A stretch of 59,443 nt of DNA, counting the filler, from Squatina squatina (lineage: Eukaryota), in NCBI GenBank assembly GCA_031763465.1. It is 3 parts of 3 records of this genome, joined end to end, with 100 filler letters (N's around TTAATTAATTAA, not from the genome) between each part and the next. Parts side by side here need not be neighbours in the genome. Positions count along the whole stretch, not along the records: positions 43,322 to 59,443 come from JARFOE010000115.1; 2 more parts are not named here. One strand, given 5' to 3'. Position 1 is the first letter of the stretch. Every line of letters begins with the position of its first letter. Below the pieces are notes generated by a model, which had not been told where the DNA came from, searched no databases, and worked only from the letters and a program-made list of their open reading frames with translations. The translations under genes were made by a program, and so were the position numbers. This document shows positions 49,143-59,443 of this stretch, piece after piece.

Positions 49143-52100
49143 AATTTACAGAATACCAAACACAGAATTAGTTACACAATTCCACACAAACAGCAGTTAA
49201 CCCGATCACCAATCAGAATGAACTATACTCAGCCAATCAACTTTGCAGCTCAGTTTGACTGAAAACTCAGTAACAAAAATTGTTCCATTCCACCTTTCCA
49301 TAATCCTAAATCATACTTTATGTGCATAACCATACTTACACTGCACAAGTTCCTTGTGACCTTTGCTGTGGTCTTTATTACCAGTTTAAGTTGCAGCAGC
49401 CTTCTCCTGAGAGAGGTGGTGATATGTGCTGGAAAGCCGACAAGGGCTAACATCACCATTTTTAAACCACCATAAAAAGAATTGAAAGTAGTGACCTTAT
49501 TTCTTTTTAGTGCAATGCTCATCATTCACAGATACTATTGATATCCTCGGGAAAAGCTGGTGGAGCAAACTTTCAGATTTTGGCAATTTCTTTCTTCTGG
49601 ATGTTGTGCATTTTTCAACATCAAAATTTACAGTTCCAATGGGATGAAACTAAATGTTTGTACAATCTTTAGTATAATTACAGACAGCTGACAGCTGTTC
49701 AGTGATGTATTCACATGTCTATTATCATTTTGACTCTTCACCTGTGTGATTTATCACTTCAGTGAAAAATATTTTTCAATACAGGTATAGATTTGGCCCT
49801 TTCAAATTCAGGCTGTATATGTAGAGAGCATTTTGTGCAGTATTCAACTAAATTAAAATAATGACCCTTACAGCTTTGTCAGCAACGCTGATAGTTTTGG
49901 GAGCAGTTTGAAGTAATAAATTAAGAGCAGTATATGGACACATTAAAGCTTTTCGGCTTGTGTGAATTTTATAGTAGCATATTGGTACTACTAATATATT
50001 AAACCTGATGGGTTTAATGGAAAGTATCAATAGATATAAATATTTAAATTATATCTGTAGACATTTTGTTGGGGTTTTTTGCATGTATTTTCAACATTCT
50101 GCAAAATATGTAGTCCCTACTTCAGATGTTGACTTCTCTGTCTTAGGAGTTAGTTTTGATCTGCTTAAAAGTATTTTTGGTTTTCTACTTGGAGAAACTC
50201 AATAAATCAATCACTTGTACCAGATAGGAGCTTTTGTTGATGTAGCAGNNNNNNNNNNNNNNNNNNNNNNNNNNNNNNNNNNNNNNNNNNNNNNNNNNNN
50301 NNNNNNNNNNNNNNNNNNNNNNNNNNNNNNNNNNNNNNNNNNNNNNNNNNNNNNNNNNNNNNNNNNNNNNNNNNNNNNNNNNNNNNNNNNNTTAAAATGG
50401 ATACTTCACAGAGAACAATGCACATAGCAATAATGTTCTTGTGCCTCATTTTTGCAGACCCCAGCTTAAATGGAAATGGGACAAAGGTCTTCTCAGAAGG
50501 AAGGCAGGCAGATTGATCAAACTAAATAAAATTAAGCTTTTTAATGACAGTTAAGACATAACACCAAAATAAGAGGACACTTGTCTATTCTGATTCCAGT
50601 GAGTTTGGGGCCTGGGGTAATATTATTGTCCAGGAGCATCAAAATTAATACTCAGAATTTTCTGTGGTAGATTCTAAGATTAGTTTGAACTTTCTGAGAT
50701 AGAATAAAATATATTGCCTCAATGTTTGTGTTACGATCAAGTGAAAAATGGAAAATGCTCTCTTCCACCAATGGGTGATCATAACAAGGGAAAGAGGTGA
50801 TACATTTATATAAACTAGTCACCTGTCTAAAAGTACGTGCCAGTTCTTTAACAAATGAGTTGTCAAACTGGATCCAGAGGCCAAGCAATCAGTGTCAGAC
50901 ATAGGCTAGCAAACAGTTGTTAGGTTTTAATAAACTGATGTGTCAGATCCTGACTATACTTACTGTAGCTCCAACACCACCAAATTCAGGATCAGCATGG
51001 ATGAAAAACGGTCAGGAGTAAATAGGAGAAATAGCTCACTGCCCTATGTTTGGGCAGCAAGCAACAATAGCCAACTCAGGAAAGGAGAGGCTGCTGATTC
51101 CAAAACAAAAAACAAGGTCTGCCAGTAGCATAACAAAAGAGTTGTCTTTGTGATTGAATCTCGAGTTTGTACAATGACAAACTTATATCAGAATTCTATT
51201 TTTAAATTTATGTAACGGAGCAATTAAAAAAATTATCCCAGATATTTTAATGTTTATCAGCAATTAGCTGCTGGATTCTGGCAGTATATATATGTGTATG
51301 GAACAGACCTAAAAACAAGGATTGATGTTCCTACATTATCAGTTTTGTTATTGGTCCTATGCAGCTATTTCAGATTATTTTGTATAATTTTATNNNNNNN
51401 NNNNNNNNNNNNNNNNNNNNNNNNNNNNNNNNNNNNNNNNNNNNNNNNNNNNNNNNNNNNNNNNNNNNNNNNNNNNNNNNNNNNNNNNNNNNNCAATACC
51501 ACGAATGGCCTATTCATCTGTTTGTGGTGCTGCTCCAAGTACTGCTCCTACCCAAAATTAGGGAATATCTCAGCAGTCAACCGCTTTTTGTATATCATAC
51601 TATTAAGAAGGCAATTGATGCCCTATATTTCCCTGCACCTAACTACATACACTTCAGCAATGTTACTAGCAGTAACAGCAGAGACAATTAAAGCATTACC
51701 AAATTTGTGGCATGTCTATGATAGAGTGCAATCTTGACTATATCAATCCATGCATCTATGGAGAACCCTACAGTATCTATAAACTGGTACACAGAATGCA
51801 ATTAATGCCAGAAAATAACATATATCAACACATGGATCGCAGACAAGGGTGATGCTCACACATGCGTTCATTCTGCGGGACACATGACACAGCCTTTAGA
51901 TTGAAACAGTTGGTGGTGTTGATTACTGTCACATTTTGGGATTTCACACTATGTTGCCATGAGGGACCTTGGTGTATTACATGCTAAAGCTTATGCAATC
52001 GAGTGAAATTTAGCTCTTGATTAAATTCATTGATTAAATTTACAAGACAATTGGGATGGCAGATGTAAGTTTCAGATAGGATATTCCAACCAGCATTGCT

Positions 52101-54879
52101 GGAGACAATAAAGATAATTTGACATTCTCGTTATTGTTCACATTCAGTGCTGCTGTGGCAAGGCTATTCAGCTGACAATGGAGTCAGGCTTTTTAAAAGA
52201 GAGAGAATTGTGAAACCTTGAGGCAGTAAGGCAGCAAAGTGCTGCAAGAAGGATGGAATACTGGAGAGAGGTGTAAGGAAATGAGCTCTTAAGTCGAGCA
52301 AAACCACACACTGAAGTATTCATTATTTTAGATTATTACGCAAAGACAAGTTGTATTGATGGAAATAATTGGACCTGATTGTAACTGTTGTTCTGATGGG
52401 AAATAATGCTGCACAGTGATTCAAATCAAGTCTCATCTCACCAAGTGTTTGTTCAGTTTGCCTTGAAAAAATTTGAAGAAATTTACAGGCAAAAGAAATG
52501 AGTATCTAGTCCAGATCACAAGGGGATACTAATGTTACATCTCTGGGTTATGCTATCATATATGTAGACACAGCACAGCATGAACTAAACCCTCTAAAAG
52601 TAAAAAGCTCAGACCACTTAAGGGAGCGACTGACGCCACTGAACCCAAGAAGGGATCTACAACTGACCTGAGCTTAACAATTATCTTTTAAAATGTAACA
52701 TGTTAATCAATCAATCTAAAAATTAAAGCAAATATTCTTGTACTGTTTATCATCCACGTGCACCAAATACCCACAGTCCATCTCACTAACGATTCACCAC
52801 TACATCAAAGAAATACATGCTTTACAAGTTCACATATGATGAGCCACATGCACAGAATCAGACTCTGGTCTTTTAGTTTTCAGAGTGCGAGAAATCTTCT
52901 TACCTTAGCAACAGTTTCATGAAGATTAAAGGAGGGATCTAAGGCCTCTGCCATCAATGCATCGTGAACTAGAAGTGCTTCAGATAGAAACCCTGGCCCC
53001 TATGAAAAAGCAGAAACAAATCCAGCTGAGATAGTGCAATTACTGTGCTTTGTTGGCATTTGAACATCATTTGGAATNNNNNNNNNNNNNNNNNNNNNNN
53101 NNNNNNNNNNNNNNNNNNNNNNNNNNNNNNNNNNNNNNNNNNNNNNNNNNNNNNNNNNNNNNNNNNNNNNNNNNNNNATTTATCGGTCAGCTAAACATGT
53201 TGATCCCCTATAATTACAATCTGGTGCATCCCACTGAGAACTGATGCTTTAGTATAATCTCATTGCCAATTTTCCCATTTGCTCTTTAGCTCTAAATGAG
53301 TGTTTTAGATTATATATACCAACAAGACTCCTGTGGGATTGTTCATGACTAGTCTTATGGTGCAGTTTCTGAGGCTTACCTCTGTCCAACTATAGCCTAA
53401 ATGTGACACTAATGTTTCCATTATTGTAATACAGCAATATCCAACATCACTGACATAAGGTAAAATATTACACACCTTACTGGTAGTGAAAAATATAGGC
53501 CTCACTGAAACAATATTTATAATACTATTTCCTACCACTTCACAAATCCTGCTTAAAAATCCAAGAAACTTGATTTAATTTTCCATCCTCCAAATCTCTT
53601 ATTTTGAGTGAATTACATTTTAAAATGTATATTCTTGTCCTATCTTCCATAATGGAATTGCAGTACTTAAGTGCTTTTATTTAATTGTGATGATTACACA
53701 CATGGACGTTCATGTGAAATTAAAACACAGCTGCTCAAAGAAATTGAATAAAGTTGTCTGAGCGATTTGATCGGTTGGTTTTGAATTACCCCGAAAAACA
53801 ATTGTGCGATTTTAACCAATTGATTTTGTGGTGATGACTGGTTATTGATTTGTAACTTTGCTACCTGTCTGGTGAATGGATTTGGCTTTTGAATCATTTG
53901 CAGTTAATCAATGTAATATTTTAACCAGTGTGTTTATCTTTACACGGTTGGTATTTGTTCCCATCATATTGGTCCTGAAATTGCGATCGGAGGCTCCCTG
54001 CGTGCGGGTGCCTCTGATTNNNNNNNNNNNNNNNNNNNNNNNNNNNNNNNNNNNNNNNNNNNNNNNNNNNNNNNNNNNNNNNNNNNNNNNNNNNNNNNNN
54101 NNNNNNNNNNNNNNNNNNNGTAAGAGTTTTCGGGACATTTTCAAATAGGTGTAGTGACCCATCCAGGGATTTTAATTTAAAAAATGAACAATCTGGTACT
54201 TCCATGATGGATCTTCACGTTAAAATTATAAAAAAAGTGTGAAGAGAAGAGTCAGGAAGATTTTCTTTACAGGTACAGTTATTTGAAGCAGAGGAAGATG
54301 TAGGGCTATGGGGAAAACTTGAATTTAATGGATTGAATAGCCTTTTTTCACTGTATGCAATATAATAATGTTCTTAAATTCTTTAGATGTTAAAAAACCT
54401 CTAATCAGCACTAAATTTGCTTTATATGTCAATTTAATGATTGATTAAAAGTTTTTTTTGTACTTGTATTCAGGTTCACTTACTGTTCTTTTGCAGAATT
54501 ATAGTAAAAATGCACAATCTTAGTTTTGAAAATCTTCTGTAGATGGAGTGAATTATATTCAGTGGCTGGCACTGGTAGGCAGCTGTTCTCTGACTAAGTA
54601 TGATCTTGTCATTACTAGTATGGCCTTAATCAAGCAGCATCTGTTTTCTTTTGTTTTGTTTTCATGAATATTAAGGGTTTTTATGCCTTCTGATGTGTAG
54701 CAGAAAACAGCTTTACAAATTAATTATATATTGACCTTTTTACATTTTAGAGCCAAAATTAAAATCTGAATTTGTTGTCATATTAATTTTTACTCAAGCA
54801 GAAAATATGTTATTCTGAGTTTCACTTCAAATAATGACCAATGACTAACATTTATAATGTGAAATTTTAAATATAATTC

Positions 54880-54922
54880 ACAATAACAACTTGCATTTAT
54901 ATAGCGCCTTTAACATAGTAAA
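54880..54922 (-). mobile_element. SINE/L2-type 3' tail, reverse orientation
   Basis: acaacttgcatttatatagcgcctttaac; decayed related copy at about 36300-36350. Confidence 0.6.
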
Positions 54923-55939
54923 NNNNNNNNNNNNNNNNNNNNNNNNNNNNNNNNNNNNNNNNNNNNNNNNNNNNNNNNNNNNNNNNNNNNNNNNNNNNNN
55001 NNNNNNNNNNNNNNNNNNNNNNGGAGGAGGAGTGACATGGCTGAGACTTCCTGGGACAGCGCCACCAGTGGCCAGGAGGAAAACAAACATCACAGTAAGG
55101 AAAGGTCACTGATTGCAAACTGTAAACTTGTTCCGGATTAAAAGGCAAACCACACACAACCGGGTCAATACAACATCAGGCTGCAATGCTATATCCGTGT
55201 CTGTTAATGAACTCAATTCAAACTCTGTATAGTGTTTGCTCGAACAAACAAATCTCCTTTAATCTACAGCTATCCCAATGTAGTTACTAAAACAAAGCAT
55301 TAAGCAATGTAAAACAGGAGAAATCAGCTCACCAGTTCACTGCAGCTGGTTCCCCATTAAATGGTTATATTCATTATGGATTAAGGTAATAAATTACTCT
55401 GTTGTTTTTTTCCCCAATTGGCCCATTTGTACAATAAATTTATTTCCTGTAGTATATTTAGCAAAATTGTGAAATGACATAAACTAGCTTCCTGTGGGAT
55501 CCGGCAAACCAAGTATGGTCAAGTCAAACCACAAAAAGAATAATTACCATTGATATTTCTGTCTCCTGATATGCAAATTGAACAGTTGGCACTCCAAGAT
55601 GATTTATGAAGAAATCACTGTTTCCTTCCACCTGCATTGAGTTGACCTTTCTTCCTGAACACTTTTCTTGCCTTGTACAGTTTAAAGAAAACCTCTGCAA
55701 AACAAGAAAGCAGAAGCAAAATGTGTTGGATTTGAGTGCTACATTCTGGCAAACTTAAACATAAGCAGAAATTGAACTAAATCAGTGTGAGTAATGGCAA
55801 ATTTTATATGAATAATTCACAGATAACGAACTGTTCTAAATTCCTGGATGACAGATCTTTCAAGGACACGAAGCATGTTCTTCTAAGAAGTGGATGACCG
55901 CTTCGTGTACATACCGATATCTCACATGAGGCTAGAAAG

Positions 55940-56902
55940 ATGAAGGAAAAAGAAATGTCACACTGGAGTAAAAGTAGGCTCTTCCAAGGAGTTGTTGGAA
56001 CCGAGTAGACAGCTCTATTCCACATCTGACTGTGCTGNNNNNNNNNNNNNNNNNNNNNNNNNNNNNNNNNNNNNNNNNNNNNNNNNNNNNNNNNNNNNNN
56101 NNNNNNNNNNNNNNNNNNNNNNNNNNNNNNNNNNNNNCCAGCCGGAAAGGGGTTATCTGGGTTGTCTCCTTCCTTCCGTTTTCTCCTCCTCTTCTTCTGC
56201 TTCCTCTTCTTCTGCCTCCTCCTCTTTCTCCACCTCCACTTCCTTCCTCCTGCTCCTGAGCTGGTGGCCATATCCTTGGTGGCAAGGGCTGTGTCCTCAT
56301 GATGGCCAGGTTGTGGAGGAAAAAGACCATGATAAATCGCAACACGCACTCCGATAAGCACTGCAGAGCTCCTCCAGAGTGGTCCAGGCAGTGGAGCCAT
56401 TACTTTTGCACTCCAATGGTCTGCTCTATGATGTTTTCTGTGGCAGCATGGCTCTCACTGTACGCATGCTGCTCCTCCTCCCTCTGTGAGTAGTTTGTCT
56501 TCTTTGCTGCCTCTGCTCCATTTCCCTGTCATACTACAGACCAAGAGGGATGACAACTAGAGCACCATGACTGGGAGCAAATGGTCTGACCAGAATCCTT
56601 CAAGTCAGAAGGAAGGCCTTCTCTACTTGCCACACCACTCCCTGTCACCTCACCAACTTTAAATAACTATAGAAACTCTTTAAATAGTGCTGGTGTCAAA
56701 TCAGCGTTGTACATTGACTGACGTCATGATCTGCCTACTTACCATACTTCGAACACATGTTCCTAACAGCTGCCCACACCAAGATGGCGTCCGGCGTGGC
56801 CCACATCAGAAGTGTGTGTGCTTTGCTTGGCTGCCATTTTGGTCCCAATTCTGCACCTATAGCACCCAAACAATGGGCGCTACACAACTGAATTTCTAGG
56901 CC
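55940..56902 (-). mobile_element. Internally deleted Harbinger (HARBI1-like C-terminus retained)
   Basis: Minus strand reads HAYSESHAATENIIEQTIGV...CLDHSGGALQ...LHNLAIMR then an acidic tail; terminal gaatttctaggcc. Confidence 0.85.
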
Positions 56903-57384
56903 AAAGTGTCTGATTGACTAAAATATCATTTTCATAAAAACAAATCACTGTTAACTGAATGATGCTGATTGCCTCAAATATAAATGTACAGGTAGGAAAA
57001 CATCAATGAACAACCAATCGCAAAGCCAACCAATGAAGTCATTCAAACATTTTTCAAAATGGTTTCAATGGCTATCTTCATTTCTCAGCTACCCTAGAGA
57101 TGGTTCTAAAAATAATATTTTAATATTCATAGCATCTTTGCCAAATGTTGCACTGTGCAGACAGGCCTCAGCTGTCTAATTTAAAATCTATTATATATGG
57201 CACTGCAACAGTACTATATCAATCTTAGCACTCCTAGCCAAAAGGTTATCTTTGTTTTTATAAACAAAGATTCCTTGGAGGATGACAAAACTAGAATGTC
57301 CTTAGTCAGGTATAACAGAATTAACACTATTAAGTCGTTTTCCACTGATACTTTAAAATATTTTAAGTCCTCTTAAATCTTATT

Positions 57385-57750
57385 GATGATTAGGAGGTGA
57401 TCAAATTGAGGTGATTAATATGATTAAAGGAGTTCCTAGAGAAACTATTCCTCTGGTGGGGCAGTCCAGAGCAAGGAGTTCTAACTTTAAATGAGGCCAT
57501 TCAGGGTGATGTCAGGAAGCATTTCTTCATACAAAGGGTAGTGGAAATCTGGAACTCTCTCCAAAAAGCTGTTGAGTTTAGGTCAATTGAAAATTTAAAA
57601 ACTGAGATTATTAGATTTTTCTTAGATAAGGGTATGAAGCGTTACGAAACAAAGATGGGTAAATGGGATTAAGATGCAGATCAGCCGTGATCCAACTGAA
57701 TGCTGGAACAGACTCGATGGGCTGAACGGCCTTCTCCTTTTCCTGTGTCT
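57385..57750 (+). mobile_element. CR1 LINE 3' fragment
   Basis: gagaaactattcctctggtgggg...gatcagccgtgat...gatgggctgaacggcct; homologous to 25240-25560. Confidence 0.9.
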
Positions 57751-58529
57751 CAGATAACCTTTCTCAAAAATAAAATGAAAATGGTATCTTCAAATTAGAT
57801 AGTATTAGACAGATTACTCATTTTTAAAATTTGAATTAATATTGTTTGCTTACATTATTCTATGTAATTTATTGCAATTTGCAATAGTTATTTTTCTGAA
57901 AACTTTCAAGCTATATAATTAATGTCTGCCACATCCAAAGGTCATGGTAAATTACGCATGAAGTCCAAAAGGCAAAATGTTCGACATATTCACAAGACAC
58001 GATGCATATTGATATATTTAAATGTCACATTTTCCTGCCTTCTGTGCATGCCTGCTTGCTGTCACAGTCATGTTGTTGCACATCATGGGCTCAAATAAAT
58101 AAAGCAACAAATCAATGTTAACCAAACCAGGCTGATTGTCTGCAATATGAACACAGGCAGGAAAACTACTCGCAAGCAAAAGAGGGTAACAATCAAAAAC
58201 AGCAGCAAGCACCATAAAGCTACCAANNNNNNNNNNNNNNNNNNNNNNNNNNNNNNNNNNNNNNNNNNNNNNNNNNNNNNNNNNNNNNNNNNNNNNNNNN
58301 NNNNNNNNNNNNNNNNNNNNNNNNNNTTAATAACATGAAGAGCAACAACTGAGACTGGGGAAAAGATTTCCTCCGTGTGCTGTGTGTGATGATAAACGTG
58401 TTTATGATTCTGCTGCTCCTGCTACACAGAGAAAATCTTCCCTTGGCTCACTTACTTGTACCAGATTATCTACTAAAGAATGACGAAGATGTTGCACTTA
58501 CATTTTCTGAGCCTTCCTCCTCGCTCACT

Positions 58530-58845
58530 CAACAGGTTAAAGCAATGAGAAGCTTAAACTACATAGAGACAGAAATGACCCAGGTTCAATCCTCAGAATT
58601 AGCTAAGGCAGAGTAGAGATGTTACAATTGGACTCAAAACCCAAGTTGGGAGAAAAAAATTAGTCACGGCTCATGCTACTGATCGCTATCCAGTGACCCC
58701 TGCTGAAAATGCAGGTGAGGGGAGGATTCCACTGGGTTGTGATTTCTCTTATGATTGAGTAGCTTGCTAACATCACTGTGAAAACTCACACATAAGTAAT
58801 AGCTACTTGGGTTCGGTACCAATGGTTGTCTGGCACTGTAAGAGG
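58530..58845 (+). mobile_element. Decayed SINE-like interspersed repeat
   Basis: B-box-like cccaggttcaatcc; body ctgatcgctatccagtgacccctgctg...caggtgagg...ctcacacat...ggtacc shared with 34127-34480. Confidence 0.6.
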
Positions 58846-59443
58846 TCAACATCTTCAGAAGTGTGGAGAAAAAAATGGGTTAAAAAAAAACCCTCCAGTT
58901 GTAAAGCTGGCAAAATTTATTGTCGTTGAGCTGAGTTATAATTCACCTGCTGCTCAAGCTTTAGATTTCCTACATGATGGTTAACATTTGTGGGCTAATT
59001 TGTTTTTTTCTGCTAAAAATGAACTATTATTCCTGTGCTATATTTATGCAGTGTTTTAAAAGAAAAGAGTCCTTTTCATGTGTCTGTGAAATTTGCGAAG
59101 ACTTTTAGAAAATATACTTTTTGTAAAATAAAAGAATTTGTATACAAAATCCAAGCTCCTAAGGGTTTAAGATCTGTCGTGTGTGTGTGTGTGTCTACAC
59201 GTGNNNNNNNNNNCTCAACCTTTTAGCCATCTATTTTTATCCTCTGGCAATGCAGGAGGTTACCCACACAGGATAGCATAAAGAACATTTGATGCTCTAC
59301 AGAGACAGGAAGGCTTTGCTCCAACGATGACTTCAAACTAAGATAGAAAGGTTTTCAATTAATTCAAATAAAGACCTGCACTCAAAAATGCTCAAGTAAA
59401 TCCAAACTTTCTGTTACATGCTTCTAAGTCTTTACATTTCCAT

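Noticed and set aside
55053-55073. ggacagcgcc REST half-site and CTCF-like ccactggtggcg on the minus strand
   Set aside because: The left RE1 half is absent and the CTCF spacing is one base short.
55804-56400. Arg/Lys-rich NLS- or protamine-like ORF (KRRRQKKRKQKKRRRK)
   Set aside because: It is an off-frame reading of the Glu-rich tail of the Harbinger transposase relic.

Overview
Eukaryotic (vertebrate, most likely cartilaginous fish) genomic DNA from a fragmented, gap-rich assembly; there are no prokaryotic features. Two 100-bp artificial linkers (44 N + TTAATTAATTAA + 44 N, at 28150-28249 and 43222-43321) join three unrelated scaffolds. Scaffold A (1-28149) carries the 3' end of RBFOX1 on +: the 53-nt frame-switch exon, the dual-frame 76-nt exon and the terminal exon with two in-frame acceptors ending RFAPY. 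Scaffold B (28250-43221) carries, on -, part of a PAPPA2 exon and two TSP1 exons of an ADAMTSL2-like gene. Scaffold C (43322-59443) has no recognisable host exon. The remainder is CR1 LINE fragments, Harbinger transposase and Myb/SANT relics and MITEs, hAT MITEs, a Penelope RT fragment, SINEs, five minisatellites and a few candidate conserved non-coding elements. Most listed ORFs are artefacts of N gaps or repeats. I found no convincing new biological system. The best leads are the apparently intact RBFOX1 nuclear/cytoplasmic frame-switch module, a CR1 junction in its 3'UTR, and a possible PAPPA2-linked ADAMTSL2 paralog. Gene identities rest on recalled protein sequences, not on database searches.
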